DNA from: Nemertoderma westbladi
Taxonomy: Eukaryota > Animalia > Xenacoelomorpha
Length of the DNA stretch: 46,320 nucleotides
Assembly (NCBI GenBank): GCA_032718475.1
Contig: JAUCBJ010008315.1
Coordinates: forward strand, 1 to 46,320
Direction of reading: 5' to 3'
Made by a program: the position numbers and the translations under genes. The notes beneath the pieces are model-generated. The model was not told where the DNA came from and searched no databases. It saw nothing but the letters and a program-made list of their open reading frames with translations. Of this stretch, positions 27,296-38,351 are shown one piece after another. How positions within the stretch are numbered: the stretch's first letter is position 1; each line of letters begins with the position of its first letter.

Positions 27296-28945
27296 ATGGC
27301 GTCCCACGAAACTGAAGCTTTAGATGGTGTTGGTCCCAACACACCATTAGTGGAAGACCCTGATCACGTGAGATGTGCAAATCGAGATATCACTGAGAAA
27401 CACCGCAAGAGATCTTTGTATATACTATATGTTTCAGGATTCTTAGCCAATGTTGGCTACTCAGTTGTCTTCTCCTCCGCATGGCCTTACCTTCAGCAAC
27501 TTAACCCAGACATTAATGAATCCTTTGTTGGATGGGTAATTGGTGGTCTGAGTGTAGGACAGTTTTTTTCTTCTCCATTTTGTGGATTGTGGCAGAACAA
27601 AGCTGGTACAAGAATACCAATGATTTTCTCATCTGCATTGACTACAGCCTCATATTTGCTATATGCTTTTCTAAATGCGTTCCCCTCTCCTGAATATGCC
27701 ATGGTTGCATCGAGATTTGTGCTAGGACTTGCTCTTGGTTATGTATCTGTTGTTCGCGCTTACGTATCCGCAGCCACAACTCTTAAAGAACGTACTGGTG
27801 CAATGACAACGATGGTAGCTTGGAACGCTGTCGGCATTGTTTTAGGACCAGTAGTACAAATGGCCTTCCTTCCTCTAGGACAGGAGGGTTACACATACAC
27901 TCCATTGAATGTTCGCTTTAATATATACACTGGTCCCAGTTTTCTTAATGCTATTATTTCTCTATGTACACTCTTTCTCTATGTCGGTTACTTTCATGAG
28001 GTACATGTGCCTGACATTGACGTTGAAGAAGAATTTCCAGACAGCGATGATTTCAGTCGTAACCGCCAATCCCAGGAGGGAAATATCAACGGTGAGGCTT
28101 CTACATTATTACGAGAAAGTGACCCCCCAAGTCAAAACAATATACAATATGGTGCCATTTCCACTGAACCACTACAAACTCAAATTTTAACACATAAGAT
28201 TGACCCTGTGGCTATTATGAGTTTCTTATGGCAAACATTTGCGCTTTTCCTAATTATGACGTACTTTGAGACTGTAGCTACACCGATGTCGATGGATTTG
28301 TGGGGTTGGTCCCGTGACGAAGCAGTTTTATATATTGGTTTATTATTGGGGAGCTCGGGAGCTATTCAAATAGCTACGTTTGTCTCCATTGGTTTCCTGA
28401 AACGGAAGTTTACTGACCGGCAGATGCTGTTGGCAGGATTAATTATGTTGTTTATTGGGTTTTTTGGTTATCTTCCCTGGGGTAACACATATCCTCCTTA
28501 CGCTTATCAACCAATACAACCCCCTAATACAACCCTTTTTACTCATTTTAATAACAACCACACATCTGAATCAAGAGGTTGCCCTATATCATACAAATGG
28601 TGTTCTTACACACCAATCGTATTCATATGGCAAGTTATAGTATTAAGTTTCCCAATTTCTATTGGCTTTGCACTTTGTATCGCTATGATGGCGACATTGT
28701 ACAGCAAAATACTAGGACAACGTCCTCAGGGGGTTTATATGGGGATATTCACCTCAGCAGGTAGTTTAGCTCGTGTTGTGGGGCCGGTTCTTGTAAGTAA
28801 TGTGTACGAACAATATGGGCACAGAGTATCCTTCATTGTGTTATTAGCTTTTATTTGTGTATCCATGTGTGTAAATATTAGAACATATAAAAGATTAGTT
28901 CCATTAGCAGGAGAAGGTAACACTGATAACAACAATGGTGCTTAA
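27296..28945 (+). CDS. MFSD8: Major facilitator superfamily domain-containing protein 8 (CLN7), lysosomal MFS protein, 549 aa, uninterrupted ORF
   Basis: MFS hydrophobic helix pattern and MFSD8-type motifs WPYLQ...ESFVGWVI, GCP..YKWCSYTP and YSKILG.RPQGVYMG...GSLARVVGP. AATAAA downstream at ~29172. Confidence 0.93.
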   Translation: MASHETEALDGVGPNTPLVEDPDHVRCANRDITEKHRKRSLYILYVSGFLANVGYSVVFSSAWPYLQQLNPDINESFVGWVIGGLSVGQFFSSPFCGLWQNKAGTRIPMIFSSALTTASYLLYAFLNAFPSPEYAMVASRFVLGLALGYVSVVRAYVSAATTLKERTGAMTTMVAWNAVGIVLGPVVQMAFLPLGQEGYTYTPLNVRFNIYTGPSFLNAIISLCTLFLYVGYFHEVHVPDIDVEEEFPDSDDFSRNRQSQEGNINGEASTLLRESDPPSQNNIQYGAISTEPLQTQILTHKIDPVAIMSFLWQTFALFLIMTYFETVATPMSMDLWGWSRDEAVLYIGLLLGSSGAIQIATFVSIGFLKRKFTDRQMLLAGLIMLFIGFFGYLPWGNTYPPYAYQPIQPPNTTLFTHFNNNHTSESRGCPISYKWCSYTPIVFIWQVIVLSFPISIGFALCIAMMATLYSKILGQRPQGVYMGIFTSAGSLARVVGPVLVSNVYEQYGHRVSFIVLLAFICVSMCVNIRTYKRLVPLAGEGNTDNNNGA

Positions 28946-29341
28946 TGATTAATAAGTTACAGGAAAGGTAAGGGTTATCATAAATGTGTATTTGGCGATG
29001 AAATTAACTGCCATCAAATAACTATGCACTGCACATATTTATTATTTTTATATTCTTTTTTTATTTATATTGCACTAAGACCCTCTAGCAGATTGAGATT
29101 AGACACCTGTACATTACCTTTACTGATGAGATAAATCTCGATTTCCTGTCGAATGTCTATTATAATAGAAAATAAACTTTTGAAAATAAAATCTCTCGAA
29201 TCAGGCAATACTTTAATCAGTAGTATATCCTATAGGAGAGGGTTGATAACACCGTGTATTTGGCGCATTAAATTTGACAAATTTAATTTATATTTTAATT
29301 GCCCCCCCCCCCCCACCGGTTTTTAATAATTTTAATGGTGC

Positions 29342-29412
29342 GATATTGTCTATTTTATTTATGGTACCTGATATTGTATATTTTATTTATGGTACCTGAT
29401 ATTGTATATTTT
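29342..29412. repeat. 28-bp tandem repeat, 2.5 copies
   Basis: Unit gatattgtatattttatttatggtacct. Confidence 0.85.
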
Positions 29413-29643
29413 TAAAGGGGCGGTTTGGTGGGTTTTACTTATAATGAATAAAATAAATATACATTTAGATGGGGGGGGGGGGGGCACTCTAGATGCAACC
29501 AATTTCCATCTCCAGGGGAAAACAATCACAAATAACACTAATTAATTGCCAGCAAAAATTTAACGGTGATATTGACTTTCGTTTATTGTTTTGGTTTGTA
29601 ATAACATGCCACTGTAACCTGCTACTTTCCTTAATTGAAAATA

Positions 29644-29945
29644 TGGTTGGTGCGCGAAAAGATTGTTGGGCTAGAAACAATAGAATACGGGGTAACAAGG
29701 TGCCGTGAATCTAGTGGCGGTTTTTATAAAAACACGGGGAGACGGTCGAAATGGTGGGTTTAAGTAAGCGCGGGAAGTCAATTTTGAAAATCGGTTATGA
29801 TTGGCTGCCACATATTTGTCGTCATTTCTACCGTTTCCTAGTGTTTTTACAAAAACAATACGCCGCCACTCGATTCAGGGCACCTTGTTACCCTTTATTC
29901 CTATTCGATTGTTTCTAGCCCAACAATTTTTTCGCGCACCAACCC
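29644..29945. mobile_element. Hairpin MITE, Tc1/mariner-like
   Basis: ~110-bp imperfect inverted arms (ggttggtgcgcgaaaa...ttttcgcgcaccaacc) flanked by TA on both sides. Terminus resembles mariner TIRs (GGTTGGTGC). Confidence 0.8.
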
Positions 29946-30453
29946 TATTAACATTGTTAATTTGCCGATTTGCCTCCCCCCCCCCCCCCCTCACTGGTGC
30001 TTAGATCGTGGCTTTTCCAGTTAACATTATTCCACTTTGTATAAAACATGTGATGTGGTTGGAGAAAGCTGCTACTAAGCAGCAACCAATCGCGTTAATC
30101 CTGTTTAACACTGCGTCAATGTGAATGGAATATTGCTAACATGAAAAAGTTCAGGTTAACATTATTCCATATCTCAGTATCTGTATTCACTATTCTATTA
30201 GGCCCTACACCTACCCTTGAGACTGGCCTTGTCTGTTTCATTATAGAAGTTATACCGAAAGCATTCAGGCGTCAGGCAGAAGAACAGTAGGTACAGCAAA
30301 GCAAATTATTAAGAATCGAAGCAACAGTAATTACTGTAATCTAGTAGCCAATACCTAATAGATAGCAGGTTTTGTTAATTCAACACTTTAAGCCTTAAAG
30401 GGGCCTTATTCTTTCTCATGGTACAGTAGTTACATGGCAGCATGGGAGCAGTA

Positions 30454-30963
30454 ATGGGACGATTAAAAAAGTAGTGGAATGTAATTTATGCGATAAAAAG
30501 TACACAACCACCTCTGTGTTATCGAGACACAAACAAAAAATTAATAAAAGGAGAACCAACAGCGAAACTAAACCATTTCCACGTTGTCCAGCCTGCCAGC
30601 ATTGTTCTTTTTGCTACTCGCGTTTCGGGAATGCTACAGACAGACCTTGGACCAATTGAATGGATAGGATGTATCGTTTGCACGGGTGTAAACACTACGC
30701 CGACAACCGGCAACCACTGCCGACAACAGCAAATATGAAAATGTAACCTGAGTTCGTAACTCTCGTTTATTGTTTTGGTTAGACTAACCTTCCACTGTAA
30801 CCTGTTCCTTTCCCTCAATTAATAAATATCATTAATTAGCTTTAATAATGGTTGTCGGCGTTGGCTGTCGGCGTTACGGCGTAGAATTTACACCCCGTTT
30901 GCACGAAGTGGTTGGTATCATAAAAGTTGTGTGAATAAAACGCAAGATTATGTTTATTACTAA
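30454..30963 (+). pseudogene. Transposase-associated remnant: C2H2-like zinc finger joined to a disrupted PHD finger
   Basis: CNLCDKKYTTTSVLSRH...CPAC. After removing the nested MITE and two 4-bp duplications the rest reads CSFC...WIGCIVCTKWYHKSCV. Confidence 0.7.
30684..30895. mobile_element. 212-bp MITE with 9-bp TSD (MULE-type), nested in the larger element
   Basis: TIR gggtgtaaacactacgccg / cggcgtagaatttacaccc. TSD cgtttgcac at 30675-30683 and 30896-30904. Confidence 0.92.
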
Positions 30964-31804
30964 ACCGGACTTAACTATAAATATTTCATTTACAGTTTAC
31001 ATCATGGTAATTAAACTAATCCACTTATACGTTTTTTTTCTTGCATCTGTGCATATATAATGCCTGGCATTGTACCATCAGACCATATCATATTATATGG
31101 CTTACTCGATTACTAACTGACTAACACTAGCAGGTAGCAGCTTAATTGCTGTAATATCTGATTACTTTGGAATAATGTTAACCTGACCTTTTTCGTGTTA
31201 GCAATATTCCATTCTCATTGACTCTGTGTTAAACAGGATTAACGTGATTGGTTGCTGCTTAGTACTAGTAGCAACCCCTAACAGGTTTCTCCAACCACAT
31301 CACTTGTTTTATACAAAATGGAATAATGTTAACTGGAAAAGCCACGATCTAAGCAACCCCCCCCCCCCCCCCCCCCTCCCCCCTCCCCATGTCTCCATAT
31401 ACATTAACATAAACACATGACATTCTAGTTATTAAGAGTATCCCTTTTACTGAAGGCCGTGCTTCGTGCTTGTTATTGTGCTTGTTATTGTGCTTGTTAC
31501 TTCACGTTCCAGTTATTATTATTGCGTTCCAATTATAGTGCAACTGTAGGTTCACCAATTTATATTCTTTGATACCAGTACTGCACTTTGTTCAATGAAA
31601 AATGCGCCTTCTTTATAAGTCTATAAATTGTTTATTTCCATATACGTATTCATGTAGTAAGGACAATTCAGAATTTTTTCACTTATAATAATTATATCAC
31701 ATTTCACATATAATTAGTATCGAATTCGAATATAAATAGAATGTTCGAATTATCAAAACTTATTTGCTTCTCGATTCAGGGTTATATTTGATCCTCAAAC
31801 CGCG

Positions 31805-32355
31805 GCAATTTGGTCAGTGGACGTAATTGAAGCATCTTCGTTAAGTAAGATACAACATTTTATAGTAGCTAGTGTTTTAGGTAGGTTTAGCTAGTAATTT
31901 CGACACTGGTTCCGACATCCTACTTCCCTCTATAAATATTTTGTAGTAGCTAGTTCTTGTTACTATATGTATAAAAAATGTTCAAGAAGATATTAGCTAT
32001 TCATTTTTTATTTCAATTTGAAACGCATGGAATCGTTCTAAAACGTGTTTAAAATCAATAAAATAAAAATAAAAAAAATTTTCACAATATTTTTTATTCA
32101 CAATTTTTTTATTGATTTTAAACACGTTTTAGAACGATTCGTTTTAAATATAATCCAGATGTATTTCTAAAAAATGTTCTAGAACAAAAAATATTTGTTC
32201 TAGAACATAGTTTATAAAAAATGAATAGCTAACATCTTCTAGAACATTTTCAATACAAATAGTAATAAGAACTAGCTACTTACCTAAAACACTAGCTACC
32301 ATAAGATTTTGTATCTTCCTTAACGGGCTTCAAGTACGTCCATTGATCAAATTGC
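31805..32355. mobile_element. ~550-bp foldback (palindromic) MITE-like element
   Basis: Arms gcaatttggtcagtggacgta...gaatcgttctaaaacgtgtttaaaatcaataaaa and ttttattgattttaaacacgttttagaacgattc...tacgtccattgatcaaattgc are diverged reverse complements. Confidence 0.8.
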
Positions 32356-33145
32356 AGAAAATTAAAATTTATAGAACTCCTCCCATATCAAAATATCAAA
32401 TTGTTGTAAAAAAAAATCTTGCCCCCAGTCAACCGCCCCCAGTAACTCGATGGCATGGCCTTGTATATAGTACGCCTTGCACCCTACACTAAAGCTCACC
32501 TGGAGTTACTTGCTTCGCCCCACTGCCCCACAGTCCAGAAATCATCCAATAAGACCAATATTGAATGTTTTGGCACATGCATGGTGAAATCAACTGTCTC
32601 ACAGTTTGAAGAAATGAGCACAAAATACGTCATTTAGCCGAAAAACAAAAGTCATTGTGCAAAATTCTTAAAAATTCGGACAAAAAGTAAAAGGAATGGA
32701 TATAAAAACTCACTGCCTTTGTAGGCCCAAAAATGTTTTTCTTGTGTATTACTACAGTACTAGGCTTATTTACCCTTAATTAACTCCAAATAAGTCTGTA
32801 AGGGCCTCAATATGTGGCGTTTATAAGCCTGTAAGGGCCTCAATATCTGAATATGTGGTATGTGGCGTTTGTCTTTCAGTCTTTGCCCATTCCAAGTCCT
32901 AGCATAGCAGATAAGGAGTGTTCAAGCTGTTCAACTTTGTGTTTCAGATGCTTTTCTTATTTCTACCGCCACTGGTACATTATTATTCTGAAGTTTTGTA
33001 GGGAGTTTCTTATGACTTGCATAAACTGATTTTATATTATTATAATATAAACAGTTCTACTGAACCGGATCTATTCTGGCAGGGTGTCTACTGACCTAGC
33101 AAGCATATCTGAATATATAGGCCTATGATATAACCGGTGATATCC

Positions 33146-34864
33146 ATGGCTGCTACGATATCCCTAAAACCTGATGGCGATCTCCTAGATGGAAAGTTCG
33201 AAGGATATAAACTTTCATTGGACCAGCTGCCCAGTTACTCCCTCGATCTGCCCTCTTCGCCCGCCCAGGTTACTACTACCAACTCCCCACATCAGTACGC
33301 ACTGCACCACATTAAATGTTTCGGTTTGTTCGACCATCTCGCTGGCGACCCATGGCAACCAGACTGTTGCTACTACGTTGCTAGCGATCGCAACATTTAC
33401 CGGATTGCCGTTACACAAACTGGCGGTACCTTAGAACTCTCTGCAGTCTCTGTGTTCAAACTTCCGGTTCTCGATGACGCAACTTCCGGTCGTTATAATA
33501 TTAGCTTAGAGTTCGTATCGGACCGGGAAGTGGCTGTCTGCGACGGGGAATCCCGAGTGTATCTCCTAGCAACCGAGGACCGGAGTACCGCACGACCATG
33601 GACTGTCCTATCCATCTCGAGTTCAGCCCCTGGGGTCCTCCTTACATCCGGGTTCATCTCGGACCAGTTCCATCTGTTACTTTGGACCGCCGACCCGACC
33701 CCATGCATCCATTGGACCACGCTGACCCGGTCGGACCAATCCGATTGGACTACCCGACGAAGAGTTCTAGAATGCCATGGTTACCCTGACTACACTGCAG
33801 TGACGCCCTCTAACGGTCCGACTCTTCTGCATATCCAATCAGCGGGACAAGTGAAATTCATATCTGATTCCGATTTTCCCGATTTCCAAGAAATCAGCAC
33901 TAAAGGGGAAACAAACGGAGTTGATGTTGATGCTAGTGGTCTTTGTTATCATTGGTCGCAGACCAGTGATGACGTCACGGTTGTATTCCCAACCCCTATA
34001 GGGGAGGTCCGCACAAAAACGGATGTTCGTGTCTCTATAAAGGTGAAGGAGTTAGAAGTGGAGCTTGGGGAGGAGAAACTGGTAGGCGAGTTAGAGAGAG
34101 AGGTCGATGTGGAGGGGAGTGTTTGGGTTGTAGTGGACAACCGGGTGGAGGTGACCCTGAGTAAACGGGAGGGGGGGTGTAGCTGGGGTAGGGTGTTAGT
34201 GGGGGGTAGTGTGGAGGAGGTGGGGGGAGGAGAAGGGGTCGAGACACAGGGATTGGGGGATGTACAGGGGGTAGGGGGTATTGAGGATCCCACTGGACTA
34301 GACAAAGTCCCCTACAATAGTGAGTCTCTGGAAGCCTGCGACTCATTAACAGACGAATTATCGCGTTTAGTCACAGTGGACGGTGACAGTCACGCTGTCA
34401 CGGCGAGCGTGACACTCAGTCACACCGTGGTCTTCTCCGGACGACCCGACCACTCGCATCCTCCTGTAATATGTCTCAGACATGATGTAGACGCTATAGT
34501 CTGGCAGCCACGCGTCGACCCCGTTGCTTGGAGACACGCGGCGACATTCAACGCCTTCGGTTACGTCCAAGCGTCGAAGCAAGAGCGTAAGTTTACACGT
34601 TGCCCGGGTGACTACTCATACGTGGCCGTGGCTGACTCCAAGAGACACATTTATATCTACCGACAACCTCAGATGATACAATCCCAACTCCGCAATAGGA
34701 AGCAGGCCAGGGACGTGACTCATGTTGCCAGACAACATGTTGTTGCTATAGATACTAACGATACCATTTTAGGGATGTGGTGTAGTCACCGTTGTTTATT
34801 TGTATTAACTAATTGTAAAATATTTATTGTGCGAGTTAATAAAGACGACAACGAAGTATTTTAG
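33146..34864 (+). CDS. NUDCD1: NudC domain-containing protein 1 (CML66), 572 aa from first ATG, uninterrupted ORF
   Basis: N-terminal LLDGKFEGYKLSL, CS/p23 domain (YHWSQTSDDVTVVF), and C-terminal CLRHDVDAIVWQP and ATFNAFGYVQASK motifs typical of NUDCD1. Confidence 0.93.
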   Translation: MAATISLKPDGDLLDGKFEGYKLSLDQLPSYSLDLPSSPAQVTTTNSPHQYALHHIKCFGLFDHLAGDPWQPDCCYYVASDRNIYRIAVTQTGGTLELSAVSVFKLPVLDDATSGRYNISLEFVSDREVAVCDGESRVYLLATEDRSTARPWTVLSISSSAPGVLLTSGFISDQFHLLLWTADPTPCIHWTTLTRSDQSDWTTRRRVLECHGYPDYTAVTPSNGPTLLHIQSAGQVKFISDSDFPDFQEISTKGETNGVDVDASGLCYHWSQTSDDVTVVFPTPIGEVRTKTDVRVSIKVKELEVELGEEKLVGELEREVDVEGSVWVVVDNRVEVTLSKREGGCSWGRVLVGGSVEEVGGGEGVETQGLGDVQGVGGIEDPTGLDKVPYNSESLEACDSLTDELSRLVTVDGDSHAVTASVTLSHTVVFSGRPDHSHPPVICLRHDVDAIVWQPRVDPVAWRHAATFNAFGYVQASKQERKFTRCPGDYSYVAVADSKRHIYIYRQPQMIQSQLRNRKQARDVTHVARQHVVAIDTNDTILGMWCSHRCLFVLTNCKIFIVRVNKDDNEVF

Positions 34865-36103
34865 GCGGTTGTCAGTGTCACTTATAAATGTTAACTTTAC
34901 AATATAATAGTAAAGACTAATGCAATATTAATAATATAAGGTGTGGGGTGGTAAGTTAGCAAAAGCAAAAACTTTCATTTTCAATGATTCCCACTATCAA
35001 TTTGGACTGAAGGGCCAATTTTGAAAGGTACATTAATTACAGGTATCTGGAAATACATTTTGACCCGCTGCGTTAATATACAGATACTAAGGATTGTGGC
35101 TGCGCCGACCAAATTCAAATCCTTTATTATCCCCCACAAGGCATGAGGAATCGATGTAGTGTATCGCCGGAATGCTCTTCATGGATTACTGACTGTAGGA
35201 ACATATCACCTACAATCTTCTTCACTGTAAACCTATATCAGTGGAAGCATATTCTGAATGTATTGACTGCATCCTTAGAGTGTCGCGTCGCAGTCCCCAA
35301 ACACCATCCTACAAACCATTTTACGAATTTCTCTTCAACAGAACCCACATCACGACAGATATCTTACATACAATTACAGCAAACAAAACCTTTTAGGACT
35401 CATGCAACCAGGACCGCTCCCCTCTGGGGAGCTTGTCAAGTGTTCATTCGTATCGAACTGTTTCAATCTTCACTGTTCATTCAAGGTATCTCACGGTATT
35501 TCAATGTCCCCTATTTATTTAATGGGGATGGGGGTTAATCATACACTAAGAGTCCATTAGGATTTAGATTGTGTTGTTTTTTTGTTTTTTAAGATATGAT
35601 TATTCCGAATGGATTGGTAGTAGAATTGAAACCTACTGGATCGCACATTGTCGTTTAATTCATTAGGATTTGAGGGTATTATTTCTATTTTTCGAAACTT
35701 TTAAACAAAAGTATGTAATTTGGATCGTTCAATGTCCAGGATTGACTATTTTACAAGCAATATAAAAATCTATGTCAGACCATTTTACTCGACAATGTTT
35801 CGACAACGCCTTTGATACTAACGACGGACCCACAACACGAGCTGAACTGCCTGCCGAGGTGAATCTGAATGCCAACGTTGCTGGTTACTAAGTATGATCG
35901 CTTTAAAGGGTAACATCCCTTAAGTTTTATAACGATTTATTTACCGTACGAACCGATTTGTTTCTTTTTTTAAATATCCGACGGAATTTATAATTATTAA
36001 TTTTTACAAAAACATTATTTTCATATTAAAAATATTTAAAATCTAAAATAATATAAATGATCGTATTGCACTTAACTGGTTATTTACGAAGTCAGTTTAT
36101 TGT

Positions 36104-36523
36104 TTACACAAGGAAACGTTTCCGACATACAGACTGACCGTATTCGCTGTACTCACTCCGCGAGACAGCCATGGAGGCGAACACTTCCGGCTGGTTGGCG
36201 ACCAGCTGTCCGCCGCTCCAGGCGTAGGTGATGGGGTCGGACGGGCAGTGGACGGCGACCCGATAGTCGTTGGGGGCGACGGATCGCACGCCGTGCAGGA
36301 CGCGTCGAACGAACCCGGGGTATCGGGAGCTACCCCCCGTTGCAACCATGTTGCTCAACAGGGAATCCTGGAGCTCCTCGTCCAGGGATGAAACCGATTC
36401 CCGGATCGTCTCGGTGATTCCCATCTGGTTGATTCCGATGTCGGACGGATGGAATAGGAGTTCCGGGACGGAAAATCTCTCGTTATTTAGTCGGAGGAGT
36501 TGCTCTTCTTTCTCCAAAGAAAC
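36104..36523 (-). CDS. ACTR6: Actin-related protein 6, exon 2 (139 aa plus stop)
   Basis: Acceptor tttatag|GTT in phase 0. LRLNNERFSVPELLFHPSDIG...DPITYAWSGG...VCRKRFLV matches the Arp6 C-terminus. AATAAA just after the stop. Confidence 0.92.
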   Translation of the reverse strand, partial: VSLEKEEQLLRLNNERFSVPELLFHPSDIGINQMGITETIRESVSSLDEELQDSLLSNMVATGGSSRYPGFVRRVLHGVRSVAPNDYRVAVHCPSDPITYAWSGGQLVANQPEVFASMAVSRSEYSEYGQSVCRKRFLV

Positions 36524-37786
36524 CTATAAATATTATTATGTAACAAATTTGTATTATCTAAAAAGTTAAACCGGTTTAAAGGATAAATAAAGTGCAAAAA
36601 AATACGGTCGATCACAAAAAATTGCTTTGAGAAAATTAGTATACCAATTTAAAAACCTCATGTGTTGTTTATTGATGCAAAATTGCCAAATTATTTTGTT
36701 GATAAAGTTATTTTTGCGGACTTTTTAATATTGTATAATAGTATTTGATGGAGCACTACAGGAGGGTGCACAAAACTTGCAGATAGGGGGAGAGGGAACT
36801 TTCGACGCATTCAAAATTAATCCCTCTTCAGTGGAAAATCGACGCAAATAACAGCTGATTGCTCTCAAAAATAAAATTGTACCCTGTTTTATTGAAAGTC
36901 GTTTATTGTTTTGGTTATAATAACGTGACACCGTTTACTGTAACCTGTTCCTTTTCCTAGAGATGGGATGTGTGAATACCCCCCCCCCCCCCCCCTGTCT
37001 CAAAAGTTTACGCTGTATTTGGCAGTCTTATCCACTCAGCTACAGTAAAAGGTAGTAAGTAGTTGGTAGTATATGTCAACCATCAACCAACTCAGAGCTG
37101 ACTCAATAATTAATAACACATTTCTATCTACAAATTGTTGACAATAGATATATCAAGTAAAGGACAGATTTGAGATTTATTAAACCAAAGCAATACGATT
37201 ATTAAAATCCCGAACTAGAATTAATTAGTAGAAGGTATACTAATTAAGATGACTTTTCGATTAGCAATCTTTCTGTCTTAAATTTGAGAACAGCTACATA
37301 AATAATTTATAAACAATTTTTATTCGAACTAAAGAAACTAATAATTGTCATTCACACCGGGAAAATGTTTATTTATGCCAAAATAATTACCATTTACATC
37401 AGATAACAAATACAAGTGCCCTAAACACTGAATAGAGCCCTTTTTACACGATGGTGTACCTGTACGTAATTTAGTGGGGCGAGCCACGAAATTGGCGGAG
37501 CCTTAGCGAACTGACATTGTTAGGGGTGGGCCAATTTTGGCATATAGTTGTTATCGTTGTCGTCTGCGTTACCATTTTGACATGCTAATAACTTTGTCAG
37601 ACTGTCGAATTGAAAAGTAAAAACATTAAATATCCTCTCATTTCTTTACTTTTAATTTGTTCAAGCGATACTTGGTTAAGTTAAATCCTTGACCCATTCT
37701 GTTATTTATAATCAGTTCAGGTTGAAACTTGTCAGACATGTGCTAGAACACATCTTGTGTCTTTGTGGGGTCGTTCGGTAATCGGT

Positions 37787-37818
37787 CTGCAGTTCTTCAG
37801 TCTGCCTCTAGAGGGCGA
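37787..37818 (+). promoter_or_regulatory. Candidate CTCF site with upstream TGCAG module
   Basis: ctgcagttcttcagtct-gcctctagagggcg resembles the CTCF core plus upstream motif. Confidence 0.5.
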
Positions 37819-38125
37819 AATGTCTCGAAGTAAAAAACCTTCTCTCATTTCGTTATTTGTCATCTGTTCAACTTCAAGCTGAAACTTGGCCACAAAGTTT
37901 CTGCTAGACCCTAGGCCTAGACCATCCAAATACTGCGCGTCTTGGTTGGGACGGTAATCCCCCCCCCCCCCACCCCCCCCCCTTCGGCAGTTTTCCAGTC
38001 TACCGCTAGTGGGCTAAAATGAAAACATTCAGCAATCCTTTGTTCCTGATTGATTGATATCTGGCATATATAGTCTAGACCTCTTTTTGTGAGGTCTGTA
38101 ATCGACTACAGTTACCCAGCAGTCT

Positions 38126-38140
38126 GCCTCTAGGTGGCAA
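38126..38140 (+). promoter_or_regulatory. Second candidate CTCF core
   Basis: gcctctaggtggca, within a diverged duplicate of the 37778-37820 segment. Confidence 0.45.
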
Positions 38141-38351
38141 AGTGATTAGGTGAGATCTGCTTAGATTTTGCCTATAAATTATAAGCAAAATCTAAGCAAA
38201 TGTCACCGAATCACCGGAATCCAGATCGAAAGATAATTATTTCGAGTTGACACTGAAGTTAATTACAATATATAAGTTTATGTCACGTGCTGCGCGAAGG
38301 CCCCCCACTCGTATTACATTATGTCGAATTATTGGAGTTCTGATTGGTTAA

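Larger units (their letters stand above)
29998..31355. mobile_element. Internally deleted long-TIR DNA transposon (Mutator/MULE-like) with zinc-finger and PHD remnants
   Basis: ~170-185-bp TIRs (tgcttagatcgtggcttttccagttaacattattcca... / ...tggaataatgttaactggaaaagccacgatctaagca). TSD obscured by flanking poly-C, so the superfamily is inferred. Confidence 0.8.

Noticed and set aside
33137-33145. NUDCD1 start at GTG 33137
   Set aside because: Eukaryotic gene; the ATG at 33146 matches the orthologue N-terminus.
33189-34582. Short alternative-frame and antisense ORFs within NUDCD1
   Set aside because: Shadows of a GC-rich coding sequence.
35143-35538. 131-aa ORF between NUDCD1 and ACTR6
   Set aside because: No recognisable domain; possibly decayed element sequence.
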